NCBI GenBank assembly: GCA_964406405.1
Contig: CAYORN010000002.1
Coordinates: 64,161-128,160 of the forward strand
Direction: 5' to 3'
Source: an uncultured Alphaproteobacteria bacterium
GTDB lineage: Bacteria > Electryoneota > RPQS01
DNA length: 64,000 bases
The notes beneath the pieces are model-generated. The model saw nothing but the letters and a program-made list of their open reading frames with translations. It did not search any database and was not told the origin of the DNA. Shown here in pieces: positions 37,301 through 45,180 of the stretch (the first letter of the stretch is position 1; each line of letters begins with the position of its first letter). Made by a program: the position numbers and the translations under genes.

Positions 37301-37627
37301 GCAGAAGGAGTGAATCGTGCTGACCGGCATGGTGTCGAGTTCGAGCAGGGCGCGCCGGTACGATGCACGGTCCGGCGCGTTCTCTTGCGCGCGCGCTTCG
37401 AGTTGTTTCCGCAGCTTGATTTTCAGTTCGCCCGCGGCCTTTTCGGTGAAGGTGATCGCGACCACCTGCGCCAACGGCACTTGCCGCTCGCGAACAATGG
37501 TTAAGATGCGTTCCACCAGCAGCGTAGTTTTTCCGGTTCCCGCGGCGGCTTCGACGATGTAAGTCGTGCTCAGGTCGCTGGCGGCGAGCGTGCGCTCGTG
37601 TTGATCTACAATCGGGCGCTCGCTCAT
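34391..37627 (-). CDS. addA: ATP-dependent helicase/nuclease subunit A (AddA/RecB-like UvrD helicase + PD-(D/E)xK nuclease)
   Basis: Walker A AAAGTGKTT; UvrD motifs; C-terminal nuclease VIDLMFVE...IIVDFKTD; start ATG overlaps addB stop (ATGA). Confidence 0.85.
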   Translation of the reverse strand: MSERPIVDQHERTLAASDLSTTYIVEAAAGTGKTTLLVERILTIVRERQVPLAQVVAITFTEKAAGELKIKLRKQLEARAQENAPDRASYRRALLELDTMPVSTIHSFCRELIQERPVEAGVEPNFSVADQATAELLRAEVWEEWIAGEFSGECPAARPLLERGISALSSRGFSLRDLYEVLLNYREDLDALHVATLNDDALSKRFAAFREELRSELTALDACKNREDGLAKELLKIQEWLARGDTLDLMNAATWLEQKPELSKRSPGQQANWSSKEIQERAKLLRAEFETRADAVYAEFVSRWADNAVQWLKGAAEAYAQAKTLRGRLDFHDLLLLARNMLQTSRAARAFFKERFTFILVDEFQDTDPLQTEIVFFLAEQPDSFAGEWEDVELVPGKLFIVGDPKQSIYRFRRADLDLYGKVREKIEACGKCLHIRMNFRSVPDILHEVNDVFAAHMTGERNGRYEPEYVALEPYRDAVTSPQTVFLAPPDSWWDNKPNAKQQAQAEAACIAEYIREQVQQHGRTYRDIGILYSATTHLTELEHALRSREIPYQVAGGKKFIERSEVTALRTVIAALDNPFDESSVVGALRSPFFACSDEDLLVQRWDGDGFNYLRCDGALPHVEECLALLRELHRQKARRAPSETIADLFARAKGLQIYALKPHGDGRVANLLKLLDMARALENDAGSSFHALARRLAKLEDTRAAEDDSATAETGDNVVQLLTFHKAKGLEFPLVMLFRLGHVNNRPEGPLIARGTKALEFSARKGFATAGYLAASEDDHDREACEHMRLLYVAMTRAREQLVIPAYWCDATKGFYKLLRTRYTSLGQMPETGHTRFTVHDSSRYSLDVPPTEALKIELDMPENDPRVGASIAAKAGWEQQRRVAVEQLNRSRAFATPSRSSSLGISANGHGVNRDAAKFGSYVHRLLERVTLPDGANLGRICLSSAEEFGIRENRIQEGCDLVRAALKSDLFQRAYRAEALYREVPFADVQDGVLWEGVIDLMFVEQDQLIIVDFKTDAISTNELPDSAQHYAAQLHAYRRAMEKIAGKPVAELLLYYLRPNTTVAVPPLKVTV

Positions 37628-40600
37628 TCGGAACCTTCGCGCAAAACGCGCAACGCGTCGGTTTGCGGCAGCTCGTAATCCCACTTGTGCGTGAAGCGTC
37701 CGGTGCCGCACGCCGCTTTCGCCGCGCAGAACTGGCAGACATCATTGGGCGTGGGGAAGAACTGGCCATGACCGACGAGGCCGGACACCTCCTCTATAAG
37801 CCGGGTGATGCTGGCGCGGTTCTGCTCCCAGGACTCGCGCGAGATTTCTATCGTCTGCGCTTCCTCCGTGCCGAGGAAATAGTACGCAAACGCGCCCACA
37901 TCGAGACCGAGCGCGGCGGCCGCGAGACGGGCGACGTGCGGCTCCAGTCCTGCCGCCGTGTCGTGCTGTTTAGCGCGATTCTCGAATTTTGCTGTGGTGT
38001 AATCCACCAGCCGCACCGCGCCATCCACGCCGATGTCCACGCGATCAATCCTGCCATGCAGCCGCAGCGTGTAACCGTTGCCGATTGGCAAGGTAACCGG
38101 CTCACGGCGAGACAGCTCGGAATCGCCCTCGTCTAAGCCATAGGTCACGTTAAAGTGCGCCGGACGAAAGGAGGAGGCTGCATTCACTTCGCACGAGAAA
38201 AACGCTTGCAACCGTTGTTTGATCCGCTCCTTTTCAATGTCCCAGAGGAGCGGCAGCCCGGGCACAAACTTGCGCTCAAACTCGGCGAAGCTCTCGTCCG
38301 CCGTGGAGGCCAAGCGCGGCCAGGCGTCGGCCGTTAAGGGCCAGCGGTTCGCCCGGGTTTCGGCGCGATAAAAGTGCTCCAAAATGTCGTGGATCAGCAT
38401 GCCGCGCGCGCGCGGTTCGAGCGGCTGAAGCCAATGCGGTTCGGCGGTGGGTTCCAGTTCGAGCAAGTGCATCACAAAATATTGAAACGGGCAGTCGAGG
38501 TAGCGTTGGATGCGACGCGGCGAGAGTGACGGGATCCATACCTTCAGACGCTCGCGCAAGCTTTGCGATTCGATGCTGCCGTCGAAAGGCGTGAACTCGC
38601 GCGCGCGATACCGCATGTGTTCCGCGTGCACGCCACGCTGGAATGCGGGATCCGCGCAGAAGAGATAGGCGACGTTGTCCGCGCTTTTCGTATGCAGAGC
38701 CATGCCGAGGCGGGCGAGGTCATATTGAAACGGCGTAACGGCCTGATCGGGGCGCTTTCCTTGCAGGCGATTGAGCGCCACGCGCCGCGCTTGCGGACTG
38801 GTACGGACAAAGGACTCCAACGACTCATAGTCGGCGGCATTCCCCGTTGCCGCCTCGAGCGCGCGCAGCAGAAATGCCGAGGCCAGCCACTCGCGGCCTT
38901 CCACCGGATCGAGGCGCGAGTAAGTGAGCACGACGCGGCGGCGCGCGGAGTTCACCGCGGTACGAAAGAGAAAACGCTCGCGATGGCGCAGCCGCGAGCG
39001 CAGCGGAATGGCAATGTCCGGGTGGTGCAGAGCACGCTGCAATTGCAGGCGCTCGTCGTCGAGCAGCAGCGGGTCTTGCGCGGTGGGACGCGGGAACTCT
39101 TTCTCCACCACGCCGCAGAGAATCACATCATCGAACACGACGCCAAACGCATCGGAGATTCTCGCAATGGTCGGCTCATGGACCTCGAACTTGCCTTCGC
39201 GGTCGAGCGGCTGCGACAGCAACGATTCAATGAAAGAAGAAAACTCGGCGGCATCCGGCTTTAGTCCCAGAGCATCGAGCAATGCCGCGTGCGTGAGTTG
39301 CTCGCGGATCAACTCCGCCTCGCCGTTACTCTCCACGAACTCGACATAGAGTGCGGCGGTGCGCTCGCCGATCTCCCGCCATGTTTTCGCCTTGCGGACG
39401 GCCGTGATTCCGGCAAACAACCGCTCGATGTACTGCTGGAAAACATCCAGCGACGCCAACTGGCGTTGCAGCGGAGCGGCAGGATCATCCATCTCCCGTT
39501 CGCGGCGCGCGAGTTCTTCCTCAAGCTGATGACATAAGCGGGATAGGTTCTGCCGCCACGGCGTCTCGCCGGCGATGATCTGCGCCTTGAGCGTGAAGTG
39601 ATTCCACTCCGCGGCAGGGACTTCGGGCAGTTCCGGAGGGAAATAGGCTGGGCGGCGGAGCGGCGACGAGAGCAGGAATTCCATCACGTCCGTACGACGG
39701 AACACGCCGTCGAAGAGCCTTACCAGCCAGCGCAGCGCGCGGCCCGAGGGCGTGTCGCCCAGCCTGCGGCACTCATGGATGTAACTCGTGATGCCGGCGC
39801 GCGACCACTCCTCACGCACGAGCGGGAGATAACTTGCGCTCTCGCGCATCAGGACGCCAATTGTTTCTCCCCTCCGTTCACGGGGGGGACTAAGGGGGGG
39901 CGAATCTGGTCCAATGCCGAACGACTTCGGATGCGATGCCGACCCGTACACCACCTCCCTCAGTATTTCCTCCACTTCACTGTCCCGGCCCGCCGCCGAA
40001 ATCACCCGAAAACTCTCATCTCCCCCTACTTCAGTAGGGGGATTAAGGGGGTCATCTTCAAGTGTCTCTTCAAACACTCCCAGTTGCACCCGCGCGAGCG
40101 CGTTGTCCTGCCCGGCGCGCTCGTCCGGCTCCAGCAGCTCGGCTTCGAAACCCTGTTCGAGATACCATTGGTAGAGCGGTTCGCTCCAGACATAGGCATC
40201 GGACGCACGAAAGGGCAAATATGCGATTGTTTCACATCCCGCCATCGCCCGCAGGATCAACTGCCGCTTCATGGCACTCAGATCATCCAGGCCATAAACG
40301 ACCAGACCCGCTTTCACGTTGCCTGCGGCTTGCCCTGCTAACTCGATCAGCATCGCGTGATCGGCGAGCTTGTGCCTTCGCATCAGTCCGTCCAACGCAC
40401 GCCAGATCGCGGCTATCTCTTTTAGTTTTTGGCGCGTGAGATCGCTGACCTGCGGACGATCGGACGCCGGCAAGATGTCTTCGGCAGTGAGCCCGACGGC
40501 TTTGAGTTCGTGAATCGTTGTCCACGCGGCGCGCTGGAAGCCCTTGCGAGGGGCCATGCGATGGAAATAGCGCAGTGAACACATTTCGACTGCGCGCTTC

Positions 40601-40905
40601 ATCAGCGGGTCCCGTTCGACATCGGAGATCATCCGCCAGCCCCGCTCGACCAGAAGCGGTGACGCGAGGTCATGCGCGTAATCTGTGAGCGTGCAGAAAC
40701 GAAGATTGGCATGACTCACGCCGGCGCGCGCCAATTCCCGTCGCAACGACAGCCCCGCCAGCACGCCGGGGACGAGCACAACCAATGGCGCCAGCGGATC
40801 GCGTTGGCGCCATTCGCGCAGGTCGGCGATGAATTGCGCCTGCAATTCGGGGAAATCCCCGGCAAAGAGGCGGCGGCTTGGGGAGGATGGGTCAGGCAGG
40901 GTCAC
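37624..40905 (-). CDS. addB: helicase-nuclease complex subunit B (AddB/RexB-like) with two in-frame poly-C element insertions
   Basis: C-terminal PD-(D/E)xK nuclease with Fe-S cysteines GRIDRVDIG...LVDYTTAKF...CQFCAAKAAC; immediately upstream of and overlapping addA. Confidence 0.8.
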   Translation of the reverse strand: MTLPDPSSPSRRLFAGDFPELQAQFIADLREWRQRDPLAPLVVLVPGVLAGLSLRRELARAGVSHANLRFCTLTDYAHDLASPLLVERGWRMISDVERDPLMKRAVEMCSLRYFHRMAPRKGFQRAAWTTIHELKAVGLTAEDILPASDRPQVSDLTRQKLKEIAAIWRALDGLMRRHKLADHAMLIELAGQAAGNVKAGLVVYGLDDLSAMKRQLILRAMAGCETIAYLPFRASDAYVWSEPLYQWYLEQGFEAELLEPDERAGQDNALARVQLGVFEETLEDDPLNPPTEVGGDESFRVISAAGRDSEVEEILREVVYGSASHPKSFGIGPDSPPLSPPRERRGETIGVLMRESASYLPLVREEWSRAGITSYIHECRRLGDTPSGRALRWLVRLFDGVFRRTDVMEFLLSSPLRRPAYFPPELPEVPAAEWNHFTLKAQIIAGETPWRQNLSRLCHQLEEELARREREMDDPAAPLQRQLASLDVFQQYIERLFAGITAVRKAKTWREIGERTAALYVEFVESNGEAELIREQLTHAALLDALGLKPDAAEFSSFIESLLSQPLDREGKFEVHEPTIARISDAFGVVFDDVILCGVVEKEFPRPTAQDPLLLDDERLQLQRALHHPDIAIPLRSRLRHRERFLFRTAVNSARRRVVLTYSRLDPVEGREWLASAFLLRALEAATGNAADYESLESFVRTSPQARRVALNRLQGKRPDQAVTPFQYDLARLGMALHTKSADNVAYLFCADPAFQRGVHAEHMRYRAREFTPFDGSIESQSLRERLKVWIPSLSPRRIQRYLDCPFQYFVMHLLELEPTAEPHWLQPLEPRARGMLIHDILEHFYRAETRANRWPLTADAWPRLASTADESFAEFERKFVPGLPLLWDIEKERIKQRLQAFFSCEVNAASSFRPAHFNVTYGLDEGDSELSRREPVTLPIGNGYTLRLHGRIDRVDIGVDGAVRLVDYTTAKFENRAKQHDTAAGLEPHVARLAAAALGLDVGAFAYYFLGTEEAQTIEISRESWEQNRASITRLIEEVSGLVGHGQFFPTPNDVCQFCAAKAACGTGRFTHKWDYELPQTDALRVLREGSE
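39869..39902. repeat. poly-C hairpin element P (reverse orientation), in-frame in addB
   Basis: revcomp cgcccccccttagtcccccccgtgaacggagggg translated as DSPPLSPPRERRGE. Confidence 0.7.
40022..40051. repeat. poly-C hairpin element P variant, in-frame in addB
   Basis: revcomp ccccttaatccccctactgaagtaggggg translated as DDPLNPPTEVGGDE. Confidence 0.65.
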
Positions 40906-41005
40906 AGGCGTTCAAAATACGAAATCCTCAGACAACTTGCACGTAGTTAATATTGTGGAGGTTAATCGGAGACCTGGACGGCATGCCAGCATCCCATGAC
41001 AAAGG

Positions 41006-41040
41006 AAACCGCCTTGGCGCGCGGCGCGCCAAGGCGGTTT
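41006..41040. terminator. perfect palindromic hairpin (putative terminator/insulator)
   Basis: AAACCGCCTTGGCGCGC|GGCGCGCCAAGGCGGTTT, 17-bp stem; downstream of the T9SS gene ending 41118, upstream of addB. Confidence 0.45.
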
Positions 41041-41068
41041 TTGCATAGCAGGAGATAAGTCTCTACGA

Positions 41069-41106
41069 GAGATCCTTCAGCCCGCAGACGGGCTTCAGGA
41101 TGACAA
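41069..41106. repeat. REP-like element E, copy 2
   Basis: gagatccttcagcccgcagacgggcttcaggatgacaa. Confidence 0.7.
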
Positions 41107-41117
41107 CGAAAACATGG

Positions 41118-42089
41118 TCACTTAAGAAGCACCAGCTTCTTGGTGTTGGTGAAGCCGTTCACGGAGAGCTTGTAGAGATACACGCCCGTCGCGAGCTTCG
41201 AACCGTTGAACACGACCGAATGCGGGCCACTGCTCATGGGGCCGCTCACCAGCGTGCTCACCTTCTCGCCCATCACACTGTAAATCGCCAGATCCACCGA
41301 ACCGGCCTGCACGAGATCGAACGCAATGCTCGTCTCGGGGTTGAACGGGTTCGGGTAGTTCTGATACAGTGCATAGGCGGTCGGCATCGGTTGCGCACTC
41401 GGACGCACGCCGCTGATCGTCTGCAGTTCTTCGCGGACGCCGTTCACGTCCACGGACACCAGCGTGTAGCTGTAGTCGAGGCCATTGGTTACCAGGTGAT
41501 CGGTCCACGAATAATTGCCGCCAGTGGCCTGGTTCAACGACGGGACATCGGCCGCTCGCACGCCGTCACGCACGATCTCAAAGTGATCATTGCGCGACTC
41601 CGAAGTCGTGGTCCAGTTCAACGTGATCTGGCCGTCCCCCGGCATAGCCGTGAAGCTTTGCAGCTCCGCGGCCAAATAGTGCACAAAACGCATATAGACG
41701 AACAGGCAATTGCTCTCCCCATAATAATCCAGCGGGTAGAACGGATCGCCGCCGAGGACGAGTGCTGCCGGCGGGACAACTGGGCTGCACGTTTCAGTGC
41801 ACGTCGCATTCTGGCAGCCCGGAACCATAGTCACTGTCGGCACACCCTGCGGGCTGTTATCCTGGCTTACGTAGGTCAGGCAAAAGCAACCGGTGCAGAC
41901 GGAAAAGGCCTCAATGGACCAAGTATGTGTGCCTACCAAATTGATGTTCACCACCTCCCCGGCACAGACCTGGATGCACTCGCTGGTGCCGATAAAGACG
42001 GTGTATTCTTCCTCGCACTGTGCCCACGCGGATGTTGCCATCAGCGCCAGCATCAGCACACTAAAGATCGAAACGGTAATTCTCTTCAT
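41118..42089 (-). CDS. T9SS-sorted secreted protein with Cys-rich N-domain and FN3-like domain
   Basis: signal MKRITVSIFSVLMLALMATSAWAQ; FTAMPGDGQITLNWTTTSESRNDHFEIVRDG (FN3-like); C-terminal YPNPFNPETSIAFDL...GVYLYKLSVNGFTNTKKLVLLK. Confidence 0.7.
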   Translation of the reverse strand: MKRITVSIFSVLMLALMATSAWAQCEEEYTVFIGTSECIQVCAGEVVNINLVGTHTWSIEAFSVCTGCFCLTYVSQDNSPQGVPTVTMVPGCQNATCTETCSPVVPPAALVLGGDPFYPLDYYGESNCLFVYMRFVHYLAAELQSFTAMPGDGQITLNWTTTSESRNDHFEIVRDGVRAADVPSLNQATGGNYSWTDHLVTNGLDYSYTLVSVDVNGVREELQTISGVRPSAQPMPTAYALYQNYPNPFNPETSIAFDLVQAGSVDLAIYSVMGEKVSTLVSGPMSSGPHSVVFNGSKLATGVYLYKLSVNGFTNTKKLVLLK

Positions 42090-42140
42090 GGTGTCCTGTC
42101 TCCTTTTGGGGGTTGGTGTGATTGACCTTTTGGGAAACGG

Positions 42141-43469
42141 TTACTTTAAGAAGAGAAGTTTCTTCGTGTCACTGTATTGGCTGGTCGTCAGCTTATAGAC
42201 GTAGACGCCCGTGCTCAAGCCTTCAGCCGACCAGTTGATCGTGTGGTTGCCCGCGTTCATGTCGCGATTCAACACCGTGGCAACTTCCCGGCCCAGCAGA
42301 TCGAACACCCTCAGCGTTACATGGTCATTGGCCGGTAAGCCAAAGCTGAAGGAGGTCTGACTGTTGAAAGGATTCGGGTAGTTCTGCGAGATGCTGAACT
42401 CGTTGACCAGACCGGCCTGCGGCGTGGCGCTGCGCACGACGATGTTGCCGTCAATGTTATAGACGTGCAGACCGCCGTTGACATCTTCCACGTGCAGTTT
42501 GTAGTAATAGGTCCGGTCGTTCAACACGTTGCGGTCCACAAGCGAGTAGCTCGCGCCGTTCGCGTCGTTCTGGGCGTCCACCGCGCCGATGAAGCTAAAG
42601 CCATCGGTGGGATCGTCCGAACGGGCGATACGGAACTTGTTCAACTGGCTTTCCGAGGCCGTGCTCCAGTTCAAAGTCACCTGCCCGTCGCCGGGGGTGG
42701 CTGTGAAGCTGGACATCTCGACCGGCAGATAGCGGTCCGAACGCCAGATGCAGACGCAAACGGGACCTTGACCGCAATAGGTGACACTCAGATACAGTTG
42801 GCAGTTCGGGAAAACGCGCTTGCGCCAGCTGAAGAGGCTCCAGTCCGCCGGGGTGCAATCAGGGTTGTTGCAGGCGGTCACATCGGGGTGACAGCCGTTG
42901 GTGACGGTGACTTCGATCGAGTCCGGACCCCACTCATTGTAGTGTCCAGTCTCGCAGTAGATCGGAATGCTGCGCGAACCGTGACAGATCGTGGCGCAGA
43001 AGGCGGTGTTCGTGTCGATAATGGTCGGCAGCACCCACGTGCAGTTCGGATCCGTGTACAGATAAAACAGGCCGCTGCCGTCCGTGGCGGACACGAGCGT
43101 ATCGCGCGTGACCAACGTGTACAGATATTGGTTATCTGCGTTATAGAAGTCAACGTTCGCGCTGATGATATTCTCTTCACCGGCGGGAATGTCCGTCAAG
43201 CGGTTCGGATCATCCGGGCTGATCGGCGCTTCGCACACAAACTCGCGTGTGCCCTGGCCGTAGCTGTTATAGTCGCCGATCCACCCACCGGGGTTGGACT
43301 GATCGAGAGTCACATATACTTGAATCTCTTGATCACCGCGGACGACGGCGAACATTTTCTGGTTTACCTCATCGAAACCCATGAAGAGGTAATCGGTCGC
43401 GTAACACTGGGCTGCGAGCAACAGTCCCAATAGCACGGCAAAAACAAATCGGGTTCTTCTCATCCTCAT
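42141..43469 (-). CDS. T9SS-sorted secreted protein with FN3-like domain (paralog-like neighbour)
   Basis: start MRMRRTRFVFAVLLGLLLAAQCYA with AGGAG RBS (ORF arithmetic); FTATPGDGQVTLNWSTASESQLNKFRIARSD; C-terminal YPNPFNSQTSFSFGL...VYVYKLTTSQYSDTKKLLFLK. Confidence 0.7.
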   Translation of the reverse strand: MRMRRTRFVFAVLLGLLLAAQCYATDYLFMGFDEVNQKMFAVVRGDQEIQVYVTLDQSNPGGWIGDYNSYGQGTREFVCEAPISPDDPNRLTDIPAGEENIISANVDFYNADNQYLYTLVTRDTLVSATDGSGLFYLYTDPNCTWVLPTIIDTNTAFCATICHGSRSIPIYCETGHYNEWGPDSIEVTVTNGCHPDVTACNNPDCTPADWSLFSWRKRVFPNCQLYLSVTYCGQGPVCVCIWRSDRYLPVEMSSFTATPGDGQVTLNWSTASESQLNKFRIARSDDPTDGFSFIGAVDAQNDANGASYSLVDRNVLNDRTYYYKLHVEDVNGGLHVYNIDGNIVVRSATPQAGLVNEFSISQNYPNPFNSQTSFSFGLPANDHVTLRVFDLLGREVATVLNRDMNAGNHTINWSAEGLSTGVYVYKLTTSQYSDTKKLLFLK

Positions 43470-43705
43470 CTCCTGTGACGTTAGGTATGCAACTGCCCCC
43501 ATGCCTATCGGGCGTGGAGACCCCCGGCTACGATCAAGAATACGGCATAAATATAGTTCGCATAGTTGTCGTTGTCAAGAGAATTCACTCGAATTTCGAG
43601 TTTTTGTCTACACTTACACGTTCGTAATCGACCAAAAGCGTACATAGGTAAGCCTTTAATTATATAAAGTGTAGAATGTAATCTGTAGCATTTCATTTAG
43701 CTGTT

Positions 43706-43734
43706 TGAAGGAAAATGACCCGTTTGACGGGTCA
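43706..43734 (-). terminator. rho-independent terminator for the tatD-DUF2203 operon
   Basis: minus strand TGACCCGTCAAACGGGTCA followed by TTTTCCTT. Confidence 0.55.
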
Positions 43735-43811
43735 ATTATGCGTTTTTGACTCCCATTTGGATGAAGATGTCCTCCTTTACACAAGTTCGTGCCTCCGTGA
43801 TGGAGTAGCCG

Positions 43812-44198
43812 TCAAAGGTGTTGCCGTCCCCGGTACCCGGCGGCGAGGTCATGCCAGAATGTAATGTCGTCCTCGCCTTCGGCCCAGCAGAGAAAGACGA
43901 TTTCCTCGTCCCGCCACGAGGGAAAGTCCACCAGAACCGGTTGAAAACCTTTGACTTCAACTCCGATTTCGTCCAATTCCAGAGTGAGGGCCTCGATCCG
44001 CTCTTTCCACTCCCGGGCCTGCGCTTGGATTCCGGCGGGCAATTCTTCGAGTGGGGATGCCCCATACAATAATGAGGTACCGCTGGGCAGCTTGGTCAAG
44101 TGGTTGACGGCCTCCTGCATGTCGGCCGCTATCTGGCGCACGAGCGGCAGCGCGCGACGGGCTTCGTCGAGCGTAAACATTCTCCGCGTTTCTACCAT
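43812..44198 (-). CDS. DUF2203-family protein
   Basis: 128 aa; N-terminal FTLDEARRALPLVRQIAADM recalled as typical of DUF2203; overlaps tatD stop. Confidence 0.5.
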   Translation of the reverse strand: MVETRRMFTLDEARRALPLVRQIAADMQEAVNHLTKLPSGTSLLYGASPLEELPAGIQAQAREWKERIEALTLELDEIGVEVKGFQPVLVDFPSWRDEEIVFLCWAEGEDDITFWHDLAAGYRGRQHL

Positions 44199-44965
44199 GA
44201 AGCGGGTCCGTTGGTGAAGAAGAGCTGTTCGGCGGCGTGACTGGTCAAGCGATCCACCTCGTCAAACGTTGTGTGATGCACTTCGGCAAGTTTTTGGGCG
44301 ACTTCGCGCACATGCATCGGTTCGGCGCGTTGGCCGCGAAACGGCATCGGCGCCATGAACGGCGCGTCGGTCTCGAGTAATATCCGATCAAGCGGCAGCG
44401 CCTTGGCAATCTCCGGCAATCGGGAGTTCTTGTACGTGATATTTCCGGTGAACGACACGTTCAATCCTTGATCGAGCACGCGCTTCGCATAGTCAAGGTC
44501 TTCGGAAAAACAGTGAAACACGCCGCGCGTGACGTTGGCTTCCTTCACCACATCCAGAGTGCGCCCTCCGGCGGCACGATGGTGCACGACGACCGGCAGC
44601 CCGGCGTGACGCGCCAATTCCAACATCCGAGCGAATAGTTTCTCTTGTGCGGTCAGATTGGTTTCGCCACGGTAAATATCCAACCCGATTTCTCCGATTG
44701 CTACCACCGCCGGATCACCCGCCATCGCTTCGATCCACAACAAGTCCTCCTCGCTCACCTTATCCACTTCTGACGGATGTACGCCGACCGCTGCATAGAC
44801 GATCCCGGGGAATTGCGAAGTCAAGCTCAGGCAGCGTTCCGCCGTGGGCTTGTCCACGGCAATCGTAAGGATGCGGCTCACCCCCACGGCTTGGGCGCGC
44901 GCAACAACCTCCGGCAAATCGCCGTCAAAATCAGGGTAGTAGAGGTGGCAGTGGGTATCAATCAC
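44192..44965 (-). CDS. tatD: TatD-family metal-dependent hydrolase (DNase)
   Basis: MIDTHCHLYYPDFD...; LETDAPFMAP; 257 aa. Confidence 0.9.
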   Translation of the reverse strand: MIDTHCHLYYPDFDGDLPEVVARAQAVGVSRILTIAVDKPTAERCLSLTSQFPGIVYAAVGVHPSEVDKVSEEDLLWIEAMAGDPAVVAIGEIGLDIYRGETNLTAQEKLFARMLELARHAGLPVVVHHRAAGGRTLDVVKEANVTRGVFHCFSEDLDYAKRVLDQGLNVSFTGNITYKNSRLPEIAKALPLDRILLETDAPFMAPMPFRGQRAEPMHVREVAQKLAEVHHTTFDEVDRLTSHAAEQLFFTNGPASW

Positions 44966-45180
44966 AGAAATTCCAAATCCCAGTCGGAGAAGAAAATCGC
45001 CGAGGCGGGTTCGACGAGATCAGATACACGACGAGAACAGCGGCGAGAACCCGCCCGGAATCCGCCCAAACCGTTCATTGTTCATCCCTTCTTCGCCGTC
45101 GGCTTGACTTAGTCGAGATATTCCAGTATACTTTGCTCAGGTTTTGGAAATGTTAACCCGCAACCGTGAAAGGATTTAGG

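Noticed and set aside
41100-43433. 341-aa and 322-aa plus-strand ORFs
   Set aside because: Antisense to the two T9SS/FN3 genes, which have signal peptides and canonical T9SS C-terminal domains.
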